From assembly GCA_025603075.1 (NCBI GenBank), contig MU626361.1, positions 1-64,000 of the forward strand: a stretch of 64,000 nt of DNA. The letters are read 5' to 3'. Below are positions 36,957 through 51,051 of the stretch, piece by piece. Below the pieces are notes generated by a model. That model was not told where the DNA came from. It searched no databases and saw only the letters and a program-made list of their open reading frames with translations. Made by a program: the position numbers and the translations under genes. This stretch comes from Neoconidiobolus thromboides FSU 785. Lineage: Eukaryota > Fungi > Entomophthoromycota. Position 1 is the first letter of the stretch, and each line of letters opens with the position of its first letter.

Positions 36957-39625
36957 TTAACCAAAAAAACGGGATTTAATGGAGCTAAAATTGAAAGAAT
37001 AAAAAGTAATTAATATTACAATAATGATAAAAATTAAATCAATAAAACACTTACCTAATATCTTGTTTAGGTAAAGTTAAATTGACTGAAACTTGAGCTT
37101 TCCATAATGGGAAGCAAATGGAATCAATACCTTTAAATGAAAAGATCATTTTAGGGACATCTTGTTCACTATAAAATAATTAAATTAAATTATAATAATA
37201 ATAAATAGTTTTACCTTTCATCAAACTTATCATTCTCTTTAGTGTATCTAGCAATTAAAGAACAAGGCTCTTCTAAAGAAAGATGTTAAATAAACTAAAT
37301 TTGATTTAAATTAATAAACTTACTAATATTTTCTAATTGATTATTAGCAGTAGTTGATAACTGATTATTTAATGGGTTTTCATTTTGTAATAAAACTAAT
37401 AAGTCTTTACAATTAATATCAATAATTAATTTTGGATTAATATAAGGTAATAATAAATCAATTGACTCCGATTGTAATCTAAAATTAGATTCATATTTAT
37501 CACTAACTCTACTAAATGCTTTGATTCCTAAATTAACTAACTATAAAAGAGAAGTTGATGTTAATATATAGGATTATAATAGGGGGATAGAAGATGAGAT
37601 TAACCTACTTTAACCCTATTTATATCTTTCGATAATAAAAATTCCCTAACAGATGGAGAAACCAAAGTAATTGTTTTATTACGATCTGTTTCACTACGTT
37701 TAATAAATAAATTATCAGGGAAATTACTTAAATGGAAATATTTTCTATTAAAATAAAGTTAAGTATTAATATATATGATTTTGGTATAGAAAATCCTTAC
37801 TTAATATTAGCTAATTCTGAAGATTCCTTTTCCATAAAAATAAAGGGTTCCTCATGTACGATATTTCTCTTTTTATTGTCTCTTCTTTGTTTAATTTCAC
37901 TTCCCTATAATTACATTATTATTATATTAGATTAATACTAATACTAATAATAATAATAATATTAATACTTACTCTTTTATTAGTTACTTCATTTTTAACT
38001 CCATCATTATTTTCAACTTTATTACTATTTTCAGTATTATCTTCATTATTATTTTCATTTTCAATTTCCTTCTCAGCTTCTTTCTTTTCAACTTCAACTT
38101 GAGATTCGATTTCATTTAATTTCTTTTCTTTCTGTTCATTATTACTAGTAGGTAAAACCTTTTCAAATACAGCTACAAAAAAACCACCAGTATTTTGAAG
38201 ATGAGGATAAATACGTAAACTAAATTTTGTAAACAAGATAATTAATATTACCCTTATTAAAACATATTAAACACTTATGAATTACCATTTTTCTAAACCT
38301 AATTCATTTACATTACTTGGTGGAAACATGGTAGGAACAGCCCATTTTTTATTACTATCTTTTGGATCCATAGCTTCAAAATTAGGTATGATTTCCATAT
38401 TTTTATCTAAAATCTAAACAAAAAAATTAATGATTATTCTACTTCATTATTTGTCAATTAAAATTGCCTTCCAGTCCTTGATTCCAGGTGCTCTTTTAAG
38501 TTCAGGTAACAAGTTTTGTACATCTAATAACTTAATTTGACCTTTAAATTTATTAAGTAAAGCAGCTACAACAGCTTCATTTTCTACAGGATTAATAGAA
38601 CAAGTTGAATAAACCAATCTACCTCCAACTTTTAATAATTGAATTCCTCTTTCAGCAATTGTAGTTTGTAAATGATGTAATGAATAACCAGAGTTTAAAT
38701 TCCAATCTTTCCAAATCATATAATTTTTTCTTAATGTACCATCCCCTGAACAAGGAACATCACAAAGAATACGATCAAATAATAATCTTTTATCATTAAT
38801 TTCCATTGTTGGAAAAAATTGTGCTTCATGATTAGTCACAACAAAATTAGCAGATTTTAATCGTTTAATTTGATGTAATAAAGTATAGCATCTTTTTTCG
38901 TTAGAATCATTAGCTATTATCATACCTTTTGGCATAGTTTCATCCTTATGTAAAGCTTCTATTAATTGAGCAGTTTTACTGCCAGGTGCTGCACACATAT
39001 CTAATACAAAATGTTCAGGTTCAACTTGTAATAAAAGTGGGGGAATCATAGATACTTCTTCTTGTCGTGAGATGTTGCCAATCTCGGATTCACTAACTAA
39101 AAATTGATGAAATTGTTTAAAATGGGATTCTTTTTTGATGATATTTTTGCCAATGTCAAACTTCCAACCAAACTTGTTGGGGTAAAAAGATATCTCTTTT
39201 GGACCTTCTAAAAGCTGACCTTCATATTCTAAATTTGTCAACTCGGGAATAAACTTATTTTCAATTGTATCAAGAAGTTCTAAAGCTTGTTTACGAGTAC
39301 CAGTTAGACGAAATGTAGTGGGTAAAGCTAATTTGAAATATTCAACCATTTTTTCATATTCTTCGGGAGATAATAGGCTTTGAGCCTATGGGAATCAATG
39401 TATGAAGGGTTTTTAAATATACTTTAAACTTACCTTATAATATTTATCAAATAATTCATTCTCCTTTATAACATTATCATAGTTGTTAGACTCTCTTTTA
39501 TCCCAACCTTCAGTATTCTTGGTTTCCTAATAGATTTAAAAGGTTGATTTTTAAATTATTTTTTATATTTGCATTACCCTTGGTTTATCATTACCATTGC
39601 TTCTCTTCTTTCTAAATTTTCCCAT
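36957..39625 (-). CDS. NCL1: tRNA m5C methyltransferase NSUN2/Trm4, multi-exon
   Basis: LPTTFR, ISRQEEVSMIPPLLL, VLDMCAAPGSKTAQL, FDRILCDVPCSGDGTLRK, LVYSTCSINPVENEAVV, LRIYPHLQNTGGFFVAVF. Confidence 0.93.
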
Positions 39626-40056
39626 ATTTTTTTAATATTAATCAAAAAACGGAAGTTCAACAATTTTGCACTGTTTTGGCTTTAATTCTGAATTTTTGGT
39701 TTTTCAATGGGATTTGAATGTTTTCATCGAAAATAATAGAAACCAGTTAAGGAATATCAGATATATAAATAACAATTAATCTATAATTTAAAACAGTAGT
39801 TTTAATAATAAATTCGATTAGATTAACCACATGAAATAGAATATCAGATCATAAAAATACAATTTTTATTTAGAGCTTAAACTTCAATAAACTTTGAAAG
39901 TTATACCAATCACAAAAGCGAAAAACTAGACTAAACAACATAAAAAGAATCAAATAAACAAGACAGTGTTATTCAAACAAAAAGCAACAAACGATGGATA
40001 AATAACACTCCAAAACCCAGAAACCCAAGCGCCTTAAAACAATATACCATAGTGGA

Positions 40057-40215
40057 CCAATCATTTACTTTAAAAGGAAATCGCGCTTTCCACTTCAATC
40101 TGATCCCATAATAATTCGATAGCAATGACGCGTTTTGAGCCAATGAAGCACTGACTATAACCAATCAAACTTAAAAGCCAATAAAACACGACATCAATAT
40201 GATCGCGGTTTTGAA
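40057..40215. promoter_or_regulatory. G1/S-type element cluster upstream of RNR1 (MCB, CGCG sites, four CCAAT boxes)
   Basis: ACGCGT at 40128; CGCG at 40082 and 40204; CCAAT at 40057, 40140, 40161, 40178; TTTGAA at 40210. CGCG is very rare elsewhere in the window. Confidence 0.6.
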
Positions 40216-40381
40216 CAATAAAATTGATTGGGTAGGGTAGAAATTAGAAGTATTTATAATCAAAAAATGAGCTTTAGATGAAACTGTACTTTTGTTTTTT
40301 AATTTATAAAGTTTGTGCTTTGTGAATTAGTAAAGCTTATTAGTTAAATTTTTATATTATAAACGATTTATTTTGTCCACA

Positions 40382-42831
40382 ATGTATGTTAAAAAGAGAG
40401 GTAGGTTTATACTTTAATTTGGTTTAAGATTGTTGGCTAACTAAAATGGAATTTAATTAGATGGCCGTCAAGAGCGAGTTGTTTTTGATAAAATAACTTC
40501 ACGTATTATTAAGTTATGTTATGGTTTGGATATGAATTTTGTGGATCCAGCTGCTATTGCTCAAAAAGTAACTTTTATTTTGTTATCTTAAAATATTTTA
40601 CTAAACCCCTTTATTAGGTAATTTCAGGAGTTTATCCAGGCGTTACTACCGTTGAATTAGATAATTTAGCAGCTGAAACATCCGCTTATATGACTACTAA
40701 ACATCCTGATTATGCTACCTTAGCAGCCCGTATTGCAGTCTCCAATCTTCATAAAGAATCTGAAAAGCAATTTTCTAAAGTTATTGAATCCCTTTATACC
40801 TATATTAATCCAAAGAATAATAAACCTTCTCCTATGATATCTACGGAAACCTACGAAATCGTAATGGAACATTCTGAGCGCCTTAATTCCGCAATCATTT
40901 ATGACCGTGATTTTGATTATAGTTATTTTGGATTTAAAACTTTAGAAAGATCATATTTACTTCGTATTGATGGTAAAACTGCGGAACGCCCACAGCATAT
41001 GCTTATGAGAGTATCCGTTGGTATCCATGGTAAAGATATTGAAAAAGCAATTGAAACTTATGATTTATTGTCAAGTAAATACTTTACTCATGCCTCACCT
41101 ACTTTATTCAATGCTGGTACACCAAGACCACAACTTTCTTCCTGCTTTTTATTAACCATGAAAGAAGATTCTATTGAAGGTATTTATGATACTTTAAAAA
41201 CATGTGCTTTGATTTCAAAAACCGCTGGTGGTATTGGATTAAATGTCCAAAAAATTAGAGCTTCGGGTTCTTATATCGCTGGTACTAATGGCTATTCTAA
41301 TGGTTTAATACCCATGCTACGTGTTTATAATAACACAGCACGTTATGTTGATCAAGGTGGTAATAAGAGGCCTGGTGCATTTGCTATTTATCTTGAACCA
41401 TGGCATGCAGATATCTTTGAATTTTTAGATTTAAAAAAGAATACTGGTAAAGAAGAAACACGTGCACGTGATTTATTTTATGCTATGTGGTTATCAGATT
41501 TATTTATGAGACGTGTTGAAGCGGATGAAGATTGGGCTTTGTTTTGTCCAAATGACGTACCTGGATTAGCTGATGCTTGGGGTGAAAAATTTGATGAACT
41601 TTATGTTAAATATGAACGTGAAGGTCTTGCTCGTCGTACTGTTAAAGCTCAAAAAATTTGGTATGCTATACTTGAAGCTCAAGTTGAAACTGGTGTACCA
41701 TATATGCTTTATAAAGATGCATGCAATGCTAAAAGTAATCAACAAAATTTAGGTACAATTAATTGTAGTAATTTATGTACTGAAATTCTTGAATATTCAA
41801 GTCCAGATGAAGTTGCAGTTTGTAATTTAGCTAGTTTAGCTTTACCCACTTTTGTAAATAATAATAAGCTTGATTATGTTAAATTACATGAAGTAGTTAA
41901 AGTAGTAACTCGTAATCTAAACAAGATCATCGATATCAATTATTATCCAGTAAAAGAAGCTTATAATTCTAATATACGTCATCGTCCCATTGGTATTGGT
42001 GTACAAGGCCTTGCTGATGCATTTATTAAATTACGTTTGCCATTCGATTCAGAAGGTGCAGCTAAAGTTAATAGAGAAATTTTTGAAACAATTTATCATG
42101 GCGCTCTTGAAGCCTCTTCTGAATTAGCAGAAATTGAAGGGCCATACCAAACTTATGAGGGTAGTCCAGTATCTAAAGGGGTACTTCAATGTGATATGTG
42201 GAATGTAACACCAAGTGAGTTATGGGATTGGAATAAATTACGTAAACGTATAGCTAAACATGGTGTACGCAATTCCCTTTTAGTAGCTCCAATGCCAACT
42301 GCTTCTACTTCTCAAATCCTTGGTAACAACGAATGTTTTGAACCTTATACTAGTAACATTTATACTCGTCGTGTACTCGCTGGTGAGTTCCAAGTAGTTA
42401 ATCCATGGTTACTTAGAGATCTAGTTGAACTCGGATTATGGAATGATTCAATGAAAAATCGAATTATTTCCGATCAAGGATCCGTTCAAATGATTAAAAC
42501 TATACCAGAAGATATACGTGCCCTTTATAAAACTACTTGGGAAATAAGTCAAAAAGTAATTATTGATATGGCAGCTGATCGTGGAGCTTTTATTGATCAA
42601 TCTCAATCACTTAATATTCATATTGCTGAACCCACTTTTGCTAAATTAACTTCAATGCATTTTTATGGTTGGAAAAAGGGATTAAAAACTGGTATGTATT
42701 ATCTTCGTACTAGACCAGCTGCTAATGCTATTCAATTTACAGTGGATAAAAAAGCAATCGAAGAAGAAGAAGCTGCTAGATTACAATGCTCTATTGATAA
42801 TCGTGACGGTTGCCTTATGTGCAGCGGTTAA
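40382..42831 (+). CDS. RNR1: Ribonucleotide reductase large subunit (class Ia), 3 exons
   Basis: ATP cone [21 protein letters not shown] via two introns; [47 protein letters not shown]-terminal CLMCSG. Confidence 0.98.
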
Positions 42832-43639
42832 AAGATTTTCATAATTTTTAACAATCTATTTTTCATTGATAATTATTATCTATTTAAACCATATTAAATC
42901 TTCAAGTATATTTTATATCATTCTATTTTTTTAATTAAGTTATTTTCTACTAGTTAATATTAACTTATAACATTAGCTTAGATTATTGATATCATTAATA
43001 TTATTAACATTTTACTTAAATCAGAAATATTTTTCTATATTACATTGAACTTATTAAATTAGTTCATTAATATTATGGAGAATGTTTTTATTTCATTTTT
43101 TATTTTTTATCCAACATAAAATTTAAAAAATTATTAGCTAAATACTGTATCGAAAAAACATTCTCACGTATGCGGTTAACTTAAAATTATACTTTATTCA
43201 TTATAAATTTGTTCCGCTTTTAAAATGTATTAAAATTATTATTTATTCTTATTTTAAAAAAATCATTGTAATTACAGATAACAAAAACATTATATATACA
43301 ATAACTATGTACATTTGTATATTACTATAATATCAATCTATTTATTTTTAATAATAGCACCCATCAATAGCATTTAATAGCATTTTCTACACTTAGCTAA
43401 TTAAAATAATACTAAATAAATTATTTGGATGATTGGTTTAAATTCAAAAGTTTGCATGCAATTAAATGTACAAAATTTATGATTAAATAATTTTTTTAAA
43501 AAAAAGAATAAAAGATTTTAATTTCTATTTACTATACATTTTTTAATTAGTTAAAACTTTAATAGAACTTTTTAATTTTTTTTCTTTCTTTTTCATCTTT
43601 TATCTTTGTAATTCTATTTATAAATTTTAAACTTATACC

Positions 43640-46322
43640 ATGAAACCTGAGGAAATGTTGGCGTTTGGGAGAGGAGGTAACTTGATTTATATAATATATA
43701 AATGTAGGAGATTTATTTGTTAAAGGTGGCATTGGTACTTGTATTTCATTAATAAGTATTGAACCAGGTTCCGATCTTTTACCTTGTAAAGCAGGTAAGT
43801 ACTACTTTTCATATCTTATGATTATTTTAACAATTTGAAGGGGATGTAATCACAGTTTTAAAACCTATAAAGGAAAATCTTTATTTGGTAATTTTAAACT
43901 CTATATAATATTAATAAAATAACCATTATTAGGGATTTTTATCAGATCAAATTGGACATTTTAGATTAGATGATGTTAATTTAATTTATTTGAACTTGAG
44001 TGTAGCCTCACCTAGAAAAAATAAAGAAAAATATCAATCTTTTACAGCGTTATTAGAAAAAAATGTGCCTATTGGATTTTATGGAGAAAACAATATACCT
44101 GAAGCTAAGGCAAGTGTAAACAATTCAGTTATATTAGAAGAAACGGAAGCTGAAATGTCAATGGAAGAGATGCCTAATGCTACTGAAACAAAAAGAAGAG
44201 CGTTTTCGATAGCACCAAATACTTCGCCAGAAAAGCTAAGAGAAGCCATATTATCACAAGATATCTCAATGCTGGATTCAAGTTATTTAAACCAATCTTC
44301 AATTCTTCCTAAAAGTACTAGTACACGGATTTATACTGAGAGTATGATAATTCCAAGAGATATTAATACCAATAATATTATTGAAGAAAAAGTCCAGCCA
44401 AAGGATAATTATACAACTGAAGATATGCATAATAATGGAATAAATATAATAAATGAAAAGATGAGCAATATGGATTTAAAACCTTCACAAAATGGACAAA
44501 ATTTACAAATACCTGAATTACAAGTATCTGATGCGGATTTAGAAGCTAATAATAATAAAGATCATGAAAATACCAATGGTGAGAAAAACAATAATAACGC
44601 TAATAATGAGAAGAATATCAATGATAACAACAGTGAGAAGAATATCAATAATAACAATACTGATAAAAACAGTTATAAAAGTAATGTTAACAATTATAAC
44701 AACAACAATAATCCTAGCCAAATAGATTATAGAAGTAATAGATCTGAAACGAAGCATAAAGGATTATTTCATTCAATAAAATCTATAAAAAAGAAAGCAG
44801 ATAATTTGTTTTTAAGTGCAAGGCTTGATCCTTCTTTAATGTTATTACCAACTTCAGGTTCCCCTATGGATCCTTTAAATGATAAAAACTATGTAGCAAA
44901 ATCCGAAAATATGCGTAAATTTTACTCTCAAGCCAATGAAAAAGGAGATAGTATTGTCCTTGATCAATTTGGTTTTATACAAAGTGTTTCTGATGATGAA
45001 GGTGATGATGGTCGTTCAATTATTTCCACTATAAGGTAATAAATTTTAGATAAATTTTGTTTTAATTTATATTAATTATATAGTGGCGCTTCCAATGTAT
45101 CATCAAAATCTGATCGTTTATTTAAATATGAATTGACTAAAGAATCTAAATGGAGAGCAATACTTACTAAATGGACACCGTCAAAATCAAGGAAATCCTA
45201 TAGAGTAAACCAAAAAATTGATTCAAAATAAATTTAATTAACAACTTTTAGGTAAAAAAATTAGTAGAAAAAGGAATACCAGATAGCTTACGTGGTAGAG
45301 TTTGGAGCTTTTTATCAAATGTTCAACAGTTTAAAAAGGCTGGCACTTACCAAGTAATTAGATTTTAGAATCATTAAATAAATTTATTAATATATCAAAG
45401 GAAATGCTTGGAAGAGAAAAGATACCGATTTATGATGTAATTGAAAGAGATATAAGGAGAACTTATCCTAGGCATTCACTGTTTTATTATGAAAATAGTC
45501 AAGGGTAAATTTACACATGAATTTTTTTAACTAATAATTGAAATCATCAAAACAGATTAAAGGACCTCTATTCCATTTTAAAAGCCTATGCACAATACAA
45601 CCCAGAAGTTGGGTATTGTCAAGGGATGGGTATGCTGGTGGGGCTTTTTTTAATGCAAGGGCTTAGTGAAGAAGATGCTTTTTGGCTTTTAGTTTCAACC
45701 AATTCACAATACTTACAAGGTTATTTTACACCAACGCTTTCACAACTTCGTATTCATTCAGCTGTATTTGAGTATCTGTTAGAAGAAAGTGACCCTAAAC
45801 TTGCAAAACACTTGGTAATTTACTTTTATTTTACTAAGAATAATATTTATAGTAATTAGTCTGATAATGATATAACATCGCTATTGTATGTTACTCCTTG
45901 GTTTTTAACAGTTTATACTATGACATTGCCTTGGGCATCTGTTCTTCAAGTATGGGATTTATTTTATTACAAAGGTAATAGACGGATAAAATTAGTTATA
46001 AAGTACTAACTCAATTAGGTGTTAAAATATTATTCCGATTCGGACTTGCTATAATGAAATGTGTTCGAAGTAATTGTCCATTCTATTATAATTTCCCATT
46101 TTAATCTATTTTTTAGACCATATCTTTAGGGAATGCCCGACTGCAGCTGAATTACTCCCCTTTTTACTTCATGTACCACATGAATTTCTTGGACCAGAAA
46201 AACTTATGGATGCCTATAAAGATATCAAACTCACTACTGCACATATACAATCACTATGTCGACGTGTAGCATCTCCAGATGGTACAGTACCAGATCGAGG
46301 TGCTTTGCAAGTTCGTAAATGA
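43640..46322 (+). CDS. Rab GTPase-activating protein (TBC domain) with N-terminal SH3-like module, multi-exon
   Basis: KGIPDSLRGRVW, IERDIRRTYPRH (Arg finger), GYCQGMG (Gln finger), EEDAFW, VWDLF; N-term DLLPCKAGDVITVL..IG.F resembles SH3. Confidence 0.85.
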
Positions 46323-46608
46323 TATAATGTATTTTGTTTGTTATCATAAAATTATAATTTATAATAAAATTTTAGTAGCATAATAAAAAGCTTAAAAAGT
46401 TTATAGTTAAAAAGATTTACTGTTATATTTTAAAAATGAGGTGGACGGAACGCTTATTTTTTGATTATATATTAATGAAATATTGTAAGGATCCAAATTT
46501 AACCCTGCCAGCTTAAAGCTTAACATTGATACGGCTTTTTGTTTGTTTAACTAATTTATAAACTTATGTATATAAAGCTGCTTTTATTTTACTGAAAAGC
46601 TACTATAT

Positions 46609-46705
46609 GAGGATGAGTTTTTAGCTTTATCACTTTTTACATTTTTAAGCGCTATTTGAGTGGAAAGATTATTAGTGAAATCCTTAAACAAAAAAACACA
46701 TCCCC
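46609..46705 (+). mobile_element. MITE copy 10
   Basis: GAGGATGAG...TAAGCGCTATTTGAGTGGAAAG...CACATCCCC with ATAT/ATAT TSD. Confidence 0.88.
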
Positions 46706-47053
46706 ATATATTATTTGAATATCACACCAATTGATAACCCATTAATCAGTGAAGCATCTAATAATTACTTAACTTCTGTAAGTTACAGCAGACTTTCTAT
46801 GCTATGAATAGTTTTAATGGTATTATTAATACCCAAATTGTTATAACAATTAGTAATTGCCAATATATATTTAGTTGTAAGATTATCTTACCTAATCTAG
46901 AATCTTCTTTTGATCTTTAATTTTGGAAAAACACATCAACTTAAGATTCCACAATTTCCGGATATGATTGGCTAAAAACTATACAACTTTACCCATGATT
47001 TTGAGTTTAAAATCAAAATAAACTCAAAATTTCATCTTCAATTTTTAATTAAA

Positions 47054-47506
47054 ATGCCTCGTAAATCTCGTTCAGCTCCAGCTCGTTCCCCAGCACAAAC
47101 ACAATCCCGTAGTGCTTCTACTTATGCCGCACCATCATCAATGGCCCGTGCTCCAGCACCTCCAGCACCAATGCATGCTCCAGCTGCTGCTGCCCCAAAA
47201 CAACCAGGGCTTTTCGCACAAATGGCAACTACTGCCGCAGGTGTAGCTGTAGGTAGTGCTGTTGGACATACCCTTGCCAATGGAGTTTCTTCTTTATTTG
47301 GAAGCTCAGAAAGCGCTCAGCCAGCCCAAGCTGCTCAACCTCAACATTCTTATTATGCAGCTTCAGAACAACATGGATCTGGCTCATGCCAAGCTGATGC
47401 TAAAGCTTTTACCAATTGCTTAGAAAGTAATAATAATGATATTTCTGCTTGCCAATTCTATTTAGATATGCTTAAGCAATGCCAATCCTTTGCCGCCTCT
47501 CGTTAG
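47054..47506 (+). CDS. MIX17: Mitochondrial twin CX9C protein Mix17/CHCHD2/CHCHD10
   Basis: QPGLFAQMATTAAGVAVGSAVGHTL hydrophobic helix; C-x9-C..C-x9-C. Confidence 0.93.
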   Translation: MPRKSRSAPARSPAQTQSRSASTYAAPSSMARAPAPPAPMHAPAAAAPKQPGLFAQMATTAAGVAVGSAVGHTLANGVSSLFGSSESAQPAQAAQPQHSYYAASEQHGSGSCQADAKAFTNCLESNNNDISACQFYLDMLKQCQSFAASR

Positions 47507-48314
47507 ATTAATAATATAAAGAATCAAATTTAAATATTTAATCCTTATGTCAATAGAATTGGATCTTTTTTTATTAAATATTCGATGTGTTTATAATTAT
47601 TTGGTTTTTATATTATGTACGTATCTGAAGTATGTTTCAAAATAAGAGTATAACATATATATATGCTATGTTTAATATTTGAATGTATGTTTTTATTTTA
47701 TAATATTTAAAAAACTTAATATAAAAAATAGATAAATTTTATTCAAGCAGATTCGCTATTTTCTCATACAATAGATAGTTTATTACATTTGAATAAAAAA
47801 TACTATTAATACGACTAAAAAGTTTAAAGTATGGATATTAATACCTGAGAATGTCAAAAACTATTTAAGAATATATTAAAATTGTGTTTAGGTTTAGTGG
47901 ACATTGATTCAAAATCGATTAAACTTTTCGATTCCTGTTTAATAAAATTATTTTGGGAATCCTAGTGTTTGTAAATTTGGTGGGGTTTTACGATTAATTT
48001 GTAAGCAAGTTGCCTCCGATAGATATATTCCGGATCCTAGTGGAAAATATATATTTCGGATCATCCTTAATATTTAACTTAAAAGATCAATAGTTAGAAG
48101 TGAGACAAGTAACAAAATGAAAAGAAATTTAAAGTGTCTAATTTAATACTTTCCTCCTGTGCCAATATAACGAATATGATAAATTGTCTAATCTACATCA
48201 ATCTTGGTTTATTTACTCCAGGAAGTTGCAATTTTAATGGTTATTTTTGCAGAATAAAAAAAATAAAAAATAAAATTAATTTCGAGAATTTTAAAATTGT
48301 TGTTTAAGTTTTAA

Positions 48315-50319
48315 ATGGGAAAAAGAAACCGTAAGAAAGGAGCTGCAAATGCTCAACCAAGCCAAGAGCTCGATAGCCACAAAAGCGAGAAGTATACTTC
48401 AAAAGCTATAAAGAACTGGAATGACATTGAACATGATGACATTGATAAATGTAATTCTATTTTTAGGTACTTAAATTTATATTAATATTTTTCTAGTCCA
48501 TGATAGCAGAAACAAAATAAGCTTTGATGATAACGATAATGATTCAGGTATCACATATTATTGTTGGTTTTATATAGCTAAAAAAATTTCTAGATGATAT
48601 TGAAGATGAAGAGATACTTGGCATTGAATACCCTCAAGAGGAAGAGGAAGAAGAGGAAGAAGAAGAGGAAGAAGAAGAGGAAGATACCATGGAAGGTATA
48701 ATAAAGTTATCGATATAAGTATACATATTAATATTTTATAGATTGGGGCACAAAAAAATCGAATTATTATGATGGTGATGAGGTTGAAGATGAAGAAGAT
48801 GCTAGACTCGAAGAAGAGGAAGCAATAAGAATCCAAAAAATGAGGGTCAATACTATGAACGAACAAGATTTTATGGCTCCTACTTATGGTCAACTAACTG
48901 GAAAAGACCTTATTAAAGTATCTATTATACAATTTATTTTTTAATATACTAAATTTTATTAGGATGAATTGGAAGATCATAAATTAGTTCTTGATTTGGA
49001 TAAGGAATTAAAAAATATAGATTTGACTCAGCCTATCAAAAGCATAAAGAAAGGGGATAGTTGTACTAAAGACGAAGCCATTGAAATGTTAGAGAAAGAT
49101 TCGCCAGAACTTTTTGGACTTTTAGAACAACTTAAAGAAAAGTGGGAAATAGTAAAAGATGAGTCCTCTGAAGTTGCTATAAAGTAATTTTATTGTCAAA
49201 ATAATTTATATGACATTAACATGTATTAGAATTAAAGAATTAAGCCCAGAAGTAGTCAAAGCAACCCCATTACTTCAACATTTCTATTTAAAGTATGAAA
49301 CAACATTAAATTATCTTACTAATATATCTTTCTATTTGTATTTGAAGTCTGTTGGAACTCCTAATCTTCAAGATCATCCTATAATTGATGTTTTAATAAA
49401 ACATGCCAACATTATTAAAAATTTAGAAGATGCTGAAGAAGGATCAGATGACTTACTGGAAATGGTTAAAGAAGCTATCATTGTAATAGAAAATGGCGGA
49501 GTTGTTGGAGATCAAGAATTAGACGAAAACAGTAATGAAGACTTATCATTAGAAGAAGAAGAAGAGGAAGAGTCTCAGGATGAAGAAGCTTTGGAAGATA
49601 AAGAAGAAGCCATCGATTCAGAACCTCAAAGCTCAGATGTGGAAGCATTACCCGAACAAACATTAGCAGAATTAAGACGCTCTCTTAAAACTTCAGGATC
49701 AAAAAGAATGGCCAAAGAATCCGACTTCCAGGATACTGAGTATCTTGATGAAGCGGATGCAGCTGAAAAGATGATAAAAAAGAAGAGTTTAAGGCATTAT
49801 GCTTCTGTTATAAATCAAAAACGTGCCAAATTGCCTAAATTTACCGGTGATATTGATATACCATATAAATCAAAAGATGAAAAATATAAACAGCCAGTTA
49901 ATCAAGCTATCAATAACCAATCCAATGACGCTGATATATTCGATGATGATGAAAACGAAGTAACACCATCAATAGAAGAAACCAAGAAAGAAAGGAAGAA
50001 TACTAAGAGAGTTAAGGTACTTGATCCTGAAGAAATGGAACGTAGAACAGAGGCATGGAAAGCAATGAATCCTGATGAACAAGAAGTTGAAGGAAGCTCT
50101 AAACGTATTGCTTCTTACAAGATACTCAAAAACAAAGGTCTTACACCTAAGCGTAAGAAAGAGCAACGTAATCCACGTGTTAAACATCGTAAGAAGTTCG
50201 AAAAAGCTAGTAAGAAATTATCCAGTTTCAAGAGAGTTGTGCAAGATTCTAAGACTTCATATGGTGGTGAAGCTACTGGTATTAAGACTCATCTTTCTAG
50301 ATCTGTACGCTTTCAATAG
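48315..50319 (+). CDS. SAS10: U3 snoRNP/SSU processome protein Sas10/Utp3, multi-exon
   Basis: Acidic N-term; DSPELFGLL; YLTNISFYL..K..HPII; C-term ILKNKGLTPKRKKEQRNPRVKHRKKF...YGGEATGIK. Confidence 0.92.
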
Positions 50320-51051
50320 CTTTCAGTTTTTACTATCAATATAGAGATTTAAATTTAATCATTCTTTGAATAAATTATTAATTAAATTTACTTAAAAAGT
50401 TTCTAGAAGTATACTCCATGTTATCTTTTATTTATCTTTAATACCATCAAAGTTAAAGAATTATAATTTGTATTTGACTCACTAATGTTGGCATAATTTT
50501 AATTTTAATTTTATAGTGAGCTATCTAAGTACTTGATGTATTATTATTTAGCATCTTTGAAGTAAGCAGATATAAAAGCTTAAAATACAAAACATAATAT
50601 AGCTACACAACTTCAAAAAAATTGTAAGTGATTAAATTAATTATACAGATATATGTGACTTTGTTAATAAAATTATTTTTTATCAATATAAATACCACTT
50701 AAAATTAGATTTTGATTAAAACATTTTAATTAGTGATATTTGTTAAAGTTTTATATTAAAAATTGTACAAAAAAAATGACTACAATCAAAATACTATAGG
50801 ATACTGTTTTCAAATATTTGACCTATTTAATCTAACAAATGAATCAACGAATATAGATAATAAATAACATTGCATTATGGACATTAAATTGAAATCTAGC
50901 TTTACAACTCTTATTTTAATTAACCATAAGTAACATTGGTTAAAGTAAACTTCATTGGCTAATTAAGGAAGAATAAATCTCCAACAAGCATTTTAAAAAT
51001 AAATAAAAAATAGAAAATTTTTTTTAGTGCTTTAATTTTTAGAATTTGATA

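Noticed and set aside
39973-40164. 63-aa minus-strand ORF between NSUN2 and RNR1
   Set aside because: TTG start, no recognisable family, and it coincides with the motif-rich promoter.
48570-48893. Leu/Pro-rich antisense ORF (similar cases at 60066-60655, 52054-52452, 44539-44757)
   Set aside because: Antisense shadows of acidic or Asn-rich coding exons.
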